Of a stretch of 64,000 bases of DNA, positions 1 to 63,834 are shown piece by piece. Origin of the DNA: Antedon mediterranea (Eukaryota > Animalia > Echinodermata); the NCBI RefSeq assembly GCF_964355755.1, contig NC_092680.1, positions 1,426,001 through 1,490,000 of the forward strand, in the 5' to 3' direction. The notes under the pieces were generated by a model. That model made no database searches and was not told the DNA's origin. It was given only the letters and a program-made list of their open reading frames with translations. The stretch's first letter is position 1. Each line of letters opens with the position of its first letter. A program made the translations under genes and the position numbers.

Positions 1-102
1 AACTAAATACTTCCATTAAACCTTAAAATCTAAATGCACTGAAAATTAAGTCAGATATAGAAAATACAATTAGAAAATCGGTGCTCAAGGAGCAATGAAA
101 AC

Positions 103-238
103 TTTATTAATATGTTTTTAATAGTTGATAAAAGTATTTGGTAAATAATATTAAGCTGTTGATATACAAGTACATATTCAACAACCTGCTTGAATTCAAA
201 GCAGTTATCCAACATTTACCATCTGGATCTACTTTATT
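103..238 (-). promoter_or_regulatory. Candidate polyadenylation signals (AATAAA on minus strand at 233-238 and 103-108)
   Basis: TTTATT on the plus strand 480-610 nt past the stop codon. The hexamer is common in AT-rich DNA. Confidence 0.3.
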
Positions 239-465
239 CATTATTTCACTCGAAACAATTCCACGTATTTAGCCACATATCTACACTTCAAACAGCCAAT
301 CATTGGCTATGAACAGCTGTATTGAGATATGTAACCAACAGGAGTCGGTTACATGAATTTGTTGCGGTTGGCCGTGTGTCCGCATACATTTTCCGACTAT
401 TCTGTATACGTGCATGAAGTGCTTTCACGGTAACCACTTGTGTGTACTGGTTTTCTTCTATTAAT

Positions 466-700
466 ATAATCACAATTGATCACATGATCAATAATCACAT
501 GATCAATAATCACATGACATGTTGATCACATGATATTAATGGAACATGTTGGTCTTATGACATTGATTACATAATATATTGATCAAACACATTGACCACC
601 TAGCACGTTGCTTTACATGACGCATTAATCACGTAACATGTTGATCACATGACACATTGATTACATAACATATTGATCCACGACATGATCATGTGATTAA
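466..700. repeat. Degenerate short tandem repeat (GATCACAT/ATAATCACATG) in the 3' UTR
   Basis: Many imperfect copies of ATCACATGA/TTGATCACAT directly after the stop codon. Confidence 0.7.
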
Positions 701-717
701 TGAATGTTTTAGAAATG

Positions 718-49414
<48,697 letters not shown>

Positions 49415-49659
49415 CTACAAAAAACAAATTAATTTAAATATCAAAACTTGATTTAAAGCATAAAGTAATCAAAAAGAAAATGTAGAATACCTCAAGAAAA
49501 GAAACACACAATTTAAATTTTACTCGGGACAGAACCACATGGCATATGGTAATTTAAGAAGAGAATCATACCATTGAGGTACACCGATAGGAGAATCATG
49601 GCCCATGGTATACATCATTGTGGTACGTAATTTAATAGTTCAAATAATGAACCAAACCA

Positions 49660-50330
49660 TTTTGGTACAACAAAAGAAGAAACACATCCCATTATGGTAG
49701 TGGTGGTTGTGGTACACCAACAGAAGAACGATGGCCATTTATGGTACAGTAGTTTAATTAAAGAACCACACCACTGTGGTATAACACCAATAGAAGAAAC
49801 ACAGTGGTGGTTGTGGTACACCAAGAAACACATCCCATTATGGTTGTGGTGGTTGTGGTACACCAACAGAAGAACCATGGCCATTTATGGTACAGTAGTT
49901 TAAGTAAAGAACCACAACACTGTGGTATAACACCAATAGAAGAAACACAGTGGTGGTTGTGGTACACCAAGAAACACATCCCATTATGGTAGTGGTGGTT
50001 GTGGTACACCAACAGAAGAACGATGGCCATTTATGGTACAGTAGTTTAAGTAAAGAACCACACCACTGTGGTATAACACCAATAGAAGAAACACAGTGGT
50101 GGTTGTGGTACACCAAGAAACACATATCATTATGGTTGTGGTGGTTGTGGTACACCAACAAAACAACCATGGCCATTTATGGTAGTTTAAGTAAAGAACC
50201 ACACCTTGTGGTACACAAGAAACAAAATGGTGGTTGTAGTACACCAAGAAACACAACCCGGTAGTAGTGGTGGTTGTGGTACACCAACAGAAGAACCATG
50301 GCTATTTATGGTATTTAAAGTAAAGAACCA
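49660..50330. repeat. 146-bp tandem repeat, about 4.5 copies, built from GTGGTACACCAA subrepeats
   Basis: CATCCCATTATGG recurs every 146 bp. It explains the overlapping repetitive ORFs. Confidence 0.92.
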
Positions 50331-50753
50331 AATAAATAAATAATAATTCTTTCTACAGACATAATTTAATTAAATAACTTAACTTATTAATTCATTTTTG
50401 TTTTCGGCAACAAAAAAACCAAATAAATATTTAATTTCTCCTCACATTAAATATAAATTTAATATAGATGTTTAAGGTGAAAAAAATTAAGCAAACAAAT
50501 GTAAGAGTAATGTTTGCAGAAGGTTTATGTGAAATTAAGACACACTCAGTGAAGTCATTCACACTTGCACCTCACAATCCTATTAATGTCAAATCCAATC
50601 AATACTGTTAAACATTCATAAGACTATGTGTATGTCTTTCTGTATTTTTCATGGTGCACTATGAGTGCGTTCAATGCACCCTCAACATGAGAACAACATC
50701 TTTTGCATCACTTAACACATGAAAAAGCTCCCTAATAATTAGAGTTATTTTTA

Positions 50754-50895
50754 AGCTAACACTATCTAACTTTATGTGACAAAATTATGTGATGTGCCCA
50801 TATATGGACAGGATGATGTCATATCACTACTATATTTAAGCATATCGCTACCATATTTGGGCACATCACACTAGTTTGATAGTGTAGACAGAGCT
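50754..50895. mobile_element. MITE family A copy (reverse orientation)
   Basis: Ends in CTAGTTTGATAGTGTAGACAGAGCT and shares the family interior. Confidence 0.8.
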
Positions 50896-51830
50896 TTAAC
50901 CACTACAAATACACCAGTTTTATTTTAAAGGAAATAAATCAAAAGAACTACCACTGTTTATAAAATTGTTTTACCTTTTTTGCATTGTTTCTAACATTTT
51001 CACAGCGATTAACCAGGTTGAAATATTTGGTTATAGAGTTGAATTGTCAAAATAATGATTAAAATATAAATTCATTCAACCTGTTTTTGTTGTGCAACTT
51101 TTAAATGCAATGAAAAATAACGGTTTATTTAATTTTGATTTAAATTTTTTTTTGTCTAACCACCTATTGATTTTGTAGACTTTCTAACTAAATATCTAAA
51201 TGTGTAAACATACCCTTTATTGCAAGTAATAACAATTATGCAAATTTAAGGTATATTAAAAGTAGGTCAACCAGTTCTAGGTCAGTAAACACAATTAATG
51301 CTAATAGAATAATTAAAGATTAATTATCTATACTTAATAGTTATCATCCTTTTTAATGCACAACTGACATTACGAAAATCAAAAGTTTGGTAATTTCTTA
51401 TTATTGATACCTTTCTTGTAGTCTTAAAATTTAGTAAAAATATTTAGTAAAGTAATAAAAATATTGAAATATTTTATATGTACAAGGCAGGTATATAATA
51501 ATATCCTTTATAGTATCATTACGTTTTATTAGACTCAATAAAAGAATACATAAACAAAATGTATTGTTGGTTGATGACTAAAGATATTTAATTTTCATAA
51601 TTAATAGTCCAATATTTCTATTGATAAGTATAGTCATACTGTCATTATTATTTTAAACCGGATATATTATTATTAAAAATGTTTATAATCAAATTAATAT
51701 TATACCAACATAACAACTGAGAAGTCCAGCTGTCTTTTAAAATAAAACTGTCTTTTTCTTTCTTTTATACAATTTCAATTTTTCTTCAATATTAGCCTAT
51801 AGAGTTATTTTATTCAAATATTAGGGTGCA

Positions 51831-51957
51831 CTGTCTACACTATCAAACTAGTTTGACAAAAAAAAGTATGATGTGCCCAAATATGGTAGTGATATGACAT
51901 CCATATATGGGCACATCATATTTGTTTGTCACAAAGTTTGATAGTGTAGACAGAGCT
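51831..51957. mobile_element. MITE family A copy
   Basis: CTGTCTACACTATCAAAC...GTTTGATAGTGTAGACAGAGCT. Confidence 0.85.
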
Positions 51958-54608
51958 TAATGAAACCTTGAATCAAGACAATATTTTAAGCCTTCTTCGA
52001 TCGTTCAATTAAGAACAGACTACTAAAAGCTAACGTCACCATGCGTTTCACGCTGCTAGCTTTATGCACTATGGGATCGTCAGGGCAGACAATCAGTTTA
52101 GAAATAAAAAAACTTTAGAAATTCAATCAAAACATTTAATTTCAAAGTATTAAGTTATCAATATTTTATGAGATAACTTTTGGAGCAGGAAACCTTAACC
52201 CTGCTATAATTATTTTCTTTGCAATCAGATTTGGGTTTAAAGTTTTTTCCAGAAAATATTTTTTTTTTAAATTCAAGGAAAGGTTAAAATGTTTTCTGAA
52301 TTACAAATTCAAGGAAAATGAGGAAAACATAGACAGTATTTCAAATAGACTTCCAACTGAAACAAATAAAATAATGTATAAATATGGTCCAAGTTTGGAC
52401 AATTATTATTGTTTTTGACTTTGGCAATTATACATATAAATTCTTAAAAACAGCAAAAAAACAAAAATTAAGTGAATAAAATACATTTAAAAAGTTTGCT
52501 AAAAATCTAAGAATTCAAAAAAATGGGGTTTTTCAGATTTAACCATTAAAAAGATGTTCTTGTTTTGCTTCAACTATTGATTTCAACTAAAAATTGGCTA
52601 ACTTCAGGTGATATTGCTGCTGCAGTATTTTGTGAGTTTTGAAAGAATATAGCCTGTTTTATTGCAAGATATTATACGACTCTGTTTATCATAGTACCAA
52701 AGTTGTCAATAATAGTTAGTACAATTGCATCTAGTATCGTTAATTATGTGAATCCAACAGAAGACTATATCATGACTTTTACACATATAATAAAATACAA
52801 ATACATCAATGTGATGCATCATTCAGAGTGCAATGTTGTGGAGTACGCTGCTTACAACACATACGAAATATTCGCAGGTAATGCTTCATCGGTCATCAGT
52901 GATTTCACGCATAACAACTCTATTTATCTGAACATATGGGATGTGGTAGTGGGTTTGTAATCATAAGGTCCTAAGTTGAAGTCCATAAAAAGCTCATGGT
53001 TTGTGAACATCTTTAGGGTATGTTTTATATTATCAACTGTTGAAAAGGATCAATAGCAGCAGCAGCAGCTTAAATGTCAACATTAATGTCATAGCATATT
53101 GAAACGTAAAACTTGTAAAAACTAGTCTTTATGCAAAATTCCAAGAATTTGTTTATATTCCTTACAAAAATAATAATCATAAAAATAATAATGTACACAA
53201 ATATAATAAATTTTGATATCAAATCTCTTATAAAATTGTTTATACAACAATATTTGTTTAACACTTCAGGTGTGTTCACTATAAAAAATGTATATAAGAA
53301 TTATTTAATTTAATGGCTCAAAAAGATACCTAAATTTATATCTTTTTTTCATTTTTTTTTAAAGAGTTATGCAGCTGCCTGCCCATGAATTCCTAAATGG
53401 CTCCACTCTATCTTACAAATGAATTTATTAGCTATATAGGCATATCGTACAGATGACAATTCCTATCTTTCAATACTTTTTGTTATCAATATTTATTGTA
53501 ACTGATGTAAAATAAATCAATCTCAATCATTTTAAATTATCAAAAACAAGCCAGGTAAACTGCTGATATTATTTGTTGGAAAGAATCATCTAAATGATAT
53601 AATTTCAACAAGTCAATCTACATCTACTCATGTACTATACATTATCCTATAAGAGGTTAAGAACCTGTATTATGCAATAACCTCACTGCAGCCATGTACA
53701 ATTGTTAAGATCAATTAATTAATCGTTGTCAGATAGATTTAAAGATATTACACATCTTCTTACTTATTGGCGAGTACTTTATTTAGATTTGACACAATCT
53801 ACCAGATTTGTGTTTACTTTTTCCTTGAAACTAAAGATGAATTAAAATGTAGTTTCTTGAAAAAAATGCAGATAATTAAATAGTGACTGTTTCGTACCGG
53901 GACATGTGACTCATATACTGATCATGTTCAAACTTGCTACTTTAGTATAATCATGGAGAAACAATATTTGTTGCTACATTTTTATTTTTTTGAAATTTTT
54001 AATTCAACAAAATTTTACAAGGGTGGTCCATCTAGCCGAAGCTGATCATTAGGAACCCTCACAGAAATACATTATGACAAGACCTAAACATGTAACAATA
54101 AAAATTCAAATAAAATAAATATAATTTATAAAGATAAAATAAAGCACAAACATTTTAGAATAAAAAATAAAATAAATTAAATTAAATTGGCAGGAAAAAG
54201 GAAGTAACTAACAAGAAGATGGTTCTTGAGCAGAAATTTAAAGAAAGAGTAAGATGAAGCAAGCCGGATATCTAAAGAAAGAAAATAGTATGATCACCTT
54301 AATATCTTTCTAATTATATCTCATTAAATAAAAACATTTATCAATATTCTTTTAATAGAAAGATAGAAACTGTATTAGTAACAATTACCTTTGATAATCC
54401 CATTAGATTCACTTGATAAATGTTGTAAAAGTGAACTAGAATGCATTTAACGAGATGTTATTATGTTATATTATGTTCACTCTCACTAATTTGTTAGCAT
54501 CAGCAGCAGGTGTAGTAAATAAAAATGCATGTGTGACAAGAAGTAACAATTTGGCCTAGTTATAATATTTAAATGAAAAGAGCTCGCTTTTTGATGCAGC
54601 GGTGGATC

Positions 54609-54766
54609 AGCTCTGTCTACTCTATCAACTAGTTTGACAAAAAAGTGTGATGTACCAAAATATGGTATTGATATGCCCAAATATGGCAGTTGTATGACAT
54701 CATCATGTTTATATATGGGCACATCACATTTTTTGTCACATTAAGTTTGATAGTGTAGACTAAGCT
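54609..54766. mobile_element. MITE family A copy
   Basis: AGCTCTGTCTACTCTATCAAC...GTTTGATAGTGTAGACTAAGCT. Confidence 0.85.
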
Positions 54767-57700
54767 TAATAAGGGAGGGGGAACCACCCTCCAACACTCT
54801 CTCTATAATCAGAGACATTTTTTTAATTGTACTGTAAAATAATCAAAATTCTATAAACTGCAGTACATCAAATTGATTTAATTCTGAATATTATATGTTA
54901 TTATTTATACATTTCTATGTTTATACCTATGCCCCTCCCCAATTATGTAAATTTCTGCACCAGCAAGGCATTATATACATAACTTAAATTGTTTCCTCAA
55001 ATCATCATCATCATCCTTTTCATTCCTTGATAACCATTATAGTTCCACTATCATTTTTAGTGTATTGAATTTCTAATTAAAATAATCAACTTTAAATCAT
55101 ACCAATTTCAGTGTCTACATAAATCCTAATTATTCATATAGTATTTGTCTACCTTTCAATTTACGAACAACTTGGGACTAAATAGTTGATAGAATGGAAA
55201 TTGGATTGAAAAAAAGGTCAAAATATATGTCATGCAATTAAACTTTTGGTAGAATTTGTTTTGGAGGCAACATTTCAATTAAAAAAAAAATGTAGAGTAG
55301 GTAAAAAAATGTATCAAAAATTAACTGAATCAAATTAATTAAGTATTTAGATTGATGTATTTCCATCATTATTGACTACGCTACTGTACTCAGTACAGAA
55401 TTTCTGGCAAAAAGAACAATAAAACATGTTTTATATTATTCTTTTTGCCAAAAAGTAGTTTTTAGAAATGTTGTTGGCTATAATATGCATTTGAACAATT
55501 TATTTTTTTCTTAATTTAAATGCTAATCCACAACAAAATAAAAGGTGTGATTCATGAGAATAAAATCATTGTAATTCCTATTCATAAACAATATTACTAT
55601 TCATAGAATAGTGCATGATGTGATTCCATTTAATACACACCTTGCATCAAGGAAACGTTTTTATTATTAAAGGTGAATGACCAATTAGATTGATCATGTG
55701 ACTTTGTACTATTGTTACAACTATTCACGACAATCAATGATACTATGACAAGTCAATTAAAAAACAATTTCTCCAAGACATGTTCAAAACATCGTAACAA
55801 TTATCTCATTAATTTCTTTGTGCTTTTGACTGTACACTACAAATTGATAATACCTTCTGGTAATGTACAGTAGCAAGGTTTTAAATGGCAGATAACGGTT
55901 GAAAGAGTCATAGCAAGGTCTACTGTTTGAAATAACCAAGACAGCAGACTTCTTATACACCACCTATACTATCAACTCAAAAAGAAAACACCAAGTTGAA
56001 TTCAGAGAACATGAGATGACTTGAGATTGGCCTTTTCCACAATTACCCCAATGTTGTAATATTAAAATCTTTGAAGATACAAAACCACGGTGTTTGCACA
56101 TCAAGTTGACTGTCTGACTGTCCAAGTTTCTCCCCTGGTACATTGGTACGAGTCCAAGTCTGCGTTCAGGTACATGGCATAAAAGGGGTATTTTTATTAA
56201 ACTGCTTTGGCCTTGCTTTTTTTATCGGAGCAGTGTAGAACAGCTTGTGGCCGAACATAAGAATGTTAAAATATTTCCAAAATTTCAGTGGAAATGTATC
56301 AGCAAACTCTTTCACAATTCCTTTTGCAACCTTTCACTGGTTGAACCCTAATTTTCCATTAGACAAATAAAAAAAAAAAAAAACATGCACATGTACATTC
56401 ATGATTCCACTACATTATCAAATCAATTAAGAATATTCAAATATTTCCCACACTTTGAATTTATATGTTTAGGTAACAATTGAAAAATCTTGTTGTCATC
56501 TGTAAAAGTTCAAATGGAATACAAATTTCAGTGTATATGTATGGTGCATGATAAACAACCTGTATTAATCTTCATTCATTGTTAGTTTCATACTTAAATA
56601 TCCTTGTATATCTTCCTTAAGCTACTGTACACCAAAATTATATCTTCTAGCTACAAAGCAAAACGGAGAAAATAATTCAATGGCTCATAGGGAGAGTAAT
56701 TATAGGTTGTAATGACTTTTTCCCAGTTTTTGTTTTCTTTCCAACTTATAAACATTGTAAAATATTGCCATTTTTACAAAACTGTTTTTACCAAAGCTGA
56801 ATCACCATCTAAAACCTGGACTAAACAGGAATATGGATATCTAACAAAATACAACTAACATTGGAAAAAATAATCTTTAACTAGAAGATTATGTAGAGTA
56901 GATTTAGAACTTTGATCACTTTCAACCAGTTACTTCTGGTTTTTATTTTTAATAATATAATTTGGATATTTCTATTTTTAATGTATATTTTCTTTATATA
57001 TTATTTTGATTACTCTTTGTCTTTACTTTATTATGTTAGTTATGATATTTCCAATTACTATAACACTTTGAAAATCAGCGTACTAGTACTGAAAGTGACT
57101 GCAGAATAAAGAAAGAATAAATAAATAAAAAGAAAGTGAGGCTTTACTGTGATAACTAACTAATAATTAGCAGTACTAAAGGTTTGTTTCTTAAAATTGG
57201 TTGAATTTTCTGATTTATAACATTTTAATTTCAAAACTAATCCCAGGCTTAAAAGCTGTGTTAAATTGTGTAGGTTGCAGATAGTAAAGTGTGAATTAAA
57301 AAGCAATAACAAACTAAGGAGTTAATATAGTAGATACATTATTCCACCAATAAAAACCTTTAATAAAGTTCATAAATATATTGAGAATCTTATCTCTATA
57401 GATTCCCTATTCCCTGAGGCAAAATTGTATATTTATGCAAACAATAAAATAGTATAGTATCAGGTTTGTCAATAATTTAAAGGTGATATTAAAGTCAACG
57501 ACCAATTTTATTTGCACTATAGATGTTTATCTACATTTCACAATTCTGTAATTAACATTGAATTATTAATGCATTACATATTTAAGTGTCATAAAGATGT
57601 GTTTCCACAAACGCAAAAGCTGCAATAGTAAACTTGCAATAATCTACTTTAAAAAAATATATAATGTGTGTGTTAATGCTTTAATAAAGTCTGCGTCATA

Positions 57701-58849
57701 TTAAACTGATACAAAAAGTAACCCACTTCTAATCAAGTTCTCTCGTTCCAAAAAATAAGATGAAAAAAAAGAACCATCTTTTAGTAACATCAGGAAACCA
57801 AACTTTATACTACAAATTGTTAGAATTTGATAAGAAAAAGTACCAATAGAGGCTTTGAGTATTCTATCAAATACTTAAGCCTATAGTATCTACATTCTGG
57901 TGAAGCATGCTGCAGTATGTCCAATATCTAAACTTACCTCCAAATCAACCTAACAACTACATTGTATTTTTTACCAGAAACAATCAAGTCCAGCTTACTG
58001 CAGATTTGTATGTTATATATACCAATACCATATAGTTGTACAAATACATTCAGGTATTAGAAACTACTTCCAAAACAGAATATGAAAATAATGACATCAA
58101 TAATAGTAAGCATATCCATATTTTGGTTTAGTCAAACTTGAATGAGTAGCCTTGATGATGTAAATGTTGAGGCATTGATTAGGCAATAACAAAACAAATA
58201 TGTCCTTTAAAGAGATTGGAATTTTCACAATCGGACTTAAATGATGCATTTAGAGAACATTGGAATAAATTCTAATGCAGCACAACAGACAATATAACTG
58301 TAGAATTGCATTGCATTTATTAATGATATCAACAGTTTCCAAGAAATGTATTTAAATGTAAATGTTTATGTTCAGAAGAAATGGCTGGAAATGATCTGGA
58401 TAACAATACAAATTGCTGGGAGTAAAAATATAAACCATTCTTTTTCAAATTATCGATGATTGAAAATGTATTCGTGTGGGATTTGAACATTTGATAATCT
58501 ATGAAGTTTAGCAACATATACATAGTAATTGTACTATCAATTTCCGGTATTAATAACTTTTATGTATGTAAAAGCATTAATGTAAAATGTAATGTAATGT
58601 AAAAGCATTAATGTAAAATGTAATGTAATGTAAAAGCTTTAATGTCTTGTATAATAGTGAAAACCACTGAACTGTTAATACTTAATGGATTTTAAAATAT
58701 AGGGTAACATTCAACCTAGGTATTGTAGACAAGGGAATTTAAAAGTGACTGAAAAAAGAAAAATAGCGCAATTTGAAATAGGGTTGAGTTTCATTATTTA
58801 CTGTGGAGGATTGGGTATTGCTTCTGTGGGGATTGAAAGATTGCTTCAC

Positions 58850-59272
58850 CAATTGCCAATGTCATACGTCAATTGAGTAGGGTTGAGTTTGATTGTGAAA
58901 GATTAGAGGTTTACTAGTATGCAAGAACTGCCAATGTTATAGCCCAGTTTAGAAAGATTAGAGATTGCTTCAGTGGTTGTTACCAATGTGATAGGTCAAT
59001 TGAGTAGGGGTGAGTTTGATTGTGGAATATTAGATAGAGGTTACTATGCAAGAACTGCCAATGTTATAGCCCAGTTTAGAAAGATTGGAGATTGCTTCAG
59101 TGGTTGTTACCAATGTGATAGGTCAATTGAGTAGGGGTGAGTTTGATTGTGGAATATTAGATAGAGGTTACTATGCAAGAACTGCCAATGTTATAGCCCA
59201 GTTTAGAAAGATTGGAGATTGTTTTAGTGGTTGTTACCAATGTCATAGGTCAATTGAGTGGGATTGAGTTTG
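58850..59272. repeat. 127-bp tandem repeat, about 3 copies
   Basis: GCAAGAACTGCCAATGTTATAGCCCAG at 58921, 59048 and 59175. Confidence 0.9.
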
Positions 59273-60864
59273 ATTTGATGTTGAAAACTAGAGATGCTTC
59301 ATCATGACAATTCAGATATGAAGTAGAACCAAATAACAGTATATACAAAAGGCACGCAAACCATTAAGATTGAGAACCAGGTGACAAAGATCACAGACAC
59401 AGAGGCTACATACATGATTATATTCAATGCTGTATAATATTCACATCCACATCTTCAAATAAAATTACCATATCATATTCTATTTTTATCACCAAGCAAT
59501 TACCATTACATACACATATTATCTAGCACCACTATGGAATATCCTCCTGATTATAATAATTATATTTTATATATTAGCATTTGCAGTTATTATCTACACA
59601 GTCGCCAATCTCGTTCTTATAAAAATGTTTTTATATTGTCATAATTATGATGGTTATGAGGACACCATTTGGATTACACTTACACAAATATTACACCTAA
59701 AATTATTCAACGAAGCTTAAACCGCAAAAACTCATTATAAACTAAATTATGTTTTGATCAACGAAATGCAAAAGAAAGTTAATATAGAACAACACAACCT
59801 CGGATTTCACCATGAACTAGTTACCTTATGAAATAAAACATGTTAAGGTTACTGATGATAACAGTATTTATTTATCTGGATAAGTTGACAGATTGTAGAG
59901 TGATGCTTAATGGAGATAAGAATATAGTCCATTGATGATTTAACTCATGAGAAATAGTTAATTGTTATTGATTTCATAGCCACACATAATCAACCCAGTT
60001 GCAAGAGTTGACAAACATAATCCAAGGAAAAGGTAATCCTTCTCCATCTTCATTAAGAACAAAATAATATAGGTTATGAGTTATGAATGCGTTTGTCTAG
60101 TCAAGCTTACCATATTGTATTAGGAAATAAGAGATCAAATGAATGTTGATGATTATCTATTTATACTGACAGTGTTAGTGTTGACCTGATGATTTCATTA
60201 AAACTGAACAAAATGAATTGGATAAAGAAAAAAAGATATTTGTGATAATATACCAAAGATTTTTTGTTTAATCTAGTAATCCCAATCTAGGTTGCAATAT
60301 TTAAATGAATTTAATAACTATCTATTTATACTGAAAGTGTTAATGTTGACAATTTTATTAAAACTGAACAATATTGAATTGGGTAAGAAAAAAAGATATT
60401 TGTGATAATTATATAGGTACCAAAGATTTTTTTAAATTCTAAATCTATGTTGCAATATTTAATAACTATTTGATATATTCTATTTAGTCTGCTTACATCA
60501 CAGAATGGGCTTTACATAAAGGCACAGTAGCAGACATTTGACTATCATACAAAAATACCTAGGTCCGATTCCAGTCCACTCATCAGCAAATAGGTTGAAA
60601 AATACTGAGAATTTGATAAAGCAGAGTAGAAAAATAGGCCTACTAATCACTAACAACATTCAAGGTTATGATGGGCTCATTCACAAGTGGTCGACCCCAC
60701 TCGTCTCCCATTTTGACAGCTTAATTAAATAATTAACTACTAATAATACATTACATGTAAGTTTAGCGCTTCTTTCCGCTCTTGTAGTTTTTTTTTAATT
60801 GATAATTTATTGTTGATAAGTTGAGATATTCTCAAACATAGTGTAGGTACTTTTTGTACCTTAA

Positions 60865-61236
60865 GCCTATTTTCCACTAGGCAAATTTGTTCGCGCGAAT
60901 CGAAAGCGTTATGCTCTGCGCATGCGTATTCGCGTTTCTGTCTGTCATACTCCCTTCTGCGACGAATTCTAGTTCCTTGATTTTTCGCTTCAGCGAAATT
61001 TACTAGTTCGAATTGTTTCTACTTTTTGCGAAGCGAAATATTGCGCAACCAATCAGAGCTCAGGAAATGAGTTATGACGCTTTCATGAGCAGTCATGCGA
61101 ATCGAAATGCTCAGCAACCACGCGAGGAACATGAACGTCGCAGCTATTCGCTCATGTAGTGGAAAGAGAGTAGGCGATTTTTTTCTCTTCGAAACGTTTG
61201 ATTCGCGCGAACAAATTCGCCTAGTGGAAAATCGGC
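60865..61236. mobile_element. Young CpG-rich MITE with long TIRs
   Basis: GCCTATTTTCCACTAGGCAAATTTGTTCGCGCGAATC / GATTCGCGCGAACAAATTCGCCTAGTGGAAAATCGGC, with TTAA on both flanks. Confidence 0.88.
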
Positions 61237-63834
61237 TTAACTTTACTTGATGTTTCTCGTCTATCATTGCGTTTATTCCATTTTTGGCAACCGTTCTAAG
61301 ATTTGCTTCATCTTTCTAACATTGTCTTTGAAAACTATATTGATTGAAGAGAAATAAATGCTTTGATGATATGACGATTCTTGAAATGTTTGATGGACGG
61401 TAGGAAATGAGCAGTACACATCAATCAAATCAGACAGGGCATCAAAGTTTAAACCAGTTCAGAGCATAATACAACATAATCATATTATAATGTGCCATCA
61501 TCAAAAATATTATGCCCTAAAGACGTTCAAGCAATGCAATATATTGAAATAAATATACATGAAATTTTATTGTATATTCTAGTCTTTTTCTCATTCACAC
61601 AGATTTTCTCATAACTTGTAATCTATATATCAATTTATGTAAGGGCAAAATTTGGTAAATTGTGTGTTACTTTTACAATATTTATAGATGTATTTTTTGA
61701 ATGACAGCACTCAAATATAAACATAAATAATTTGTATAATGCATGTGAGGTGAACGTGAATTAATATGCGTATATAGTTTCTACATTATCATATCATTTT
61801 AATTTTAAAATGCTTGAAATGTCTATCACACGAAAGTCGAAGCCTTAAATTAGATCTTGAGAATTTGCATATATGCCCAGTGGGAAGGTAAGCATATGAA
61901 GAAAATGAAATAAGTATACTACTATTACTAATAGAAGTCAATGAAATAAAAAGTATAAACAACCAACTTTCTATCGTCAATACTAAAACAAATTAAACTG
62001 ATTTAGATAACCTGATCGAAACTTCTATCCGTAATTTATAAGTGCATCAATTTAAATGTGCATAATAGCAGAAGGAATACAGAGAAAGAACATATTTAAA
62101 ATCTATGAACAGGTATCTTCTATGACCCTTCTGTGACCCAAATGTATGACGTGTAAAGATGGACCAGAACGTGCTTTTAAAAATTGATAGACGTGCTCCA
62201 TGGATAATCAGCCAACACTTCTGGAGTATGGAATGGACAGATTTTAAAACATGTAATGTGTAAAGATTAGGCAAGAATTGTTTTGGCTATGGCACTTCAA
62301 ATTAGAAATTAATTGGTATCAGAATCAGAAAATATACTAGTAAAATAAGGCTTAACAATTTCTAGAACCACTGTAAAAGGTTGCTCCAATAAATGAACCT
62401 GCAAAAAGTAGTAAGTCAGACTTTTTTGGAAAAAATTGCCAGAAAGAAATTGGCAAACTTTCAGGAAGTGGGAGTACTCGGAGATAAGTAAGAATACAGG
62501 TACACATTTTAATCTATGTCACATCACAATTTTTTAAATATGAAGTCTGTGATATCGTAAACCAGACTTTTTTAGAAAACATTTGACTACAACATCCTGA
62601 AAGAAACTTCAGAGCGTTCAGGTACCCTTCCTCAGTACAATTCAGAGTCCTGTATACTTTGAAAGGAGTAAGAATAAAGGCACACATTAGAATCTTATGT
62701 CACTTCATTTTTTAAATATAAATTCTGTGATATCTCAATCTCAAAATGGCTACAAACTATAAATTCAATGAATATTTTTGTTAGTTGATAAATTTGAGAC
62801 ATTGAAGGATATAGTAATATATTTATGAATGTTTTTTCCAATTGATCTTAAGTTTCTGATTTGTCTGTTTTTAAAGTAAAATCATTTGTTATAATATACG
62901 ATATTAAATTATAACATGCAAAAGTAAAACATCACCAGAAACCTGACTTAAACCTTGTTGCCCATGATATTTTAGATTCCACTACCACTACAAACTTGAC
63001 CTGAACAAATTGCAGATTTTTGTGAGAACTTTAATACTACAGTACACAATCCAAACACGAGCATTAGGATTAGGATTAGGAATAGGTTTAAACTAAAAAC
63101 GTTAAATATTATATTAAAGATATTAGATAAAAGATATAATCAAATGCCATGAATAATTTTGCCAATTAATTAAAATTAAAAATAAATCAAAATGCATTGG
63201 ATATCAAATACTATAAACCAAGTAATATATATCCAATGCCCTCTAGGCCTACATTAATGAAACGTTGGAAATAAAATATTAATGTACGTATAATATGAAG
63301 GTTCTAAATATCTTGTGAATATATATCATATATAAGTAGGGCAGATATTTAATGCGGGTCATGATATAAAATATTTATAGATATTACATTCATAATTTGT
63401 TGGTCTACCTTGCGAATGTTGTCAGATCACCTTTGGTCATGATAGAATTGAAGAGTTTCAATATGTTATAAAATTAAAAATCTAATCTATAATAAACGAT
63501 AAGAGAGATTTTTTTTTTTCTTTATTCTGATATAAAATCAATAGGATAAATACACAAAAAAGTACCGAGACGGCAAACTTGTTTCCATTGTGGTCCTAAA
63601 ACAATGTTTTGTCAATATGGAGTGTATTGTATCTGTATGCTCTTACTTTACAAAGTACTGTCAAACAACAGGTCTTGTAAGTAAAAAGTATAACTGTATA
63701 GTCTGTCCATTTAGTTGGTCAATTTTTGATTGGAAACAAGCTTTGCTTCTAGAGAAGGTTTAATTTTTTAACTGAAGAAATGTGGAATGTATTGATATAT
63801 CAATTGAACTAAATAACTGGTTATTTTATCACCT

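Noticed and set aside
49615-50264. Several overlapping His/Thr/Val-rich ORFs
   Set aside because: All derive from the 146-bp tandem repeat.
50960-51130. Possible Trp-containing CaM-binding exon
   Set aside because: There is no usable acceptor, the Trp frame has the wrong phase, and the region looks like a decayed inverted repeat.
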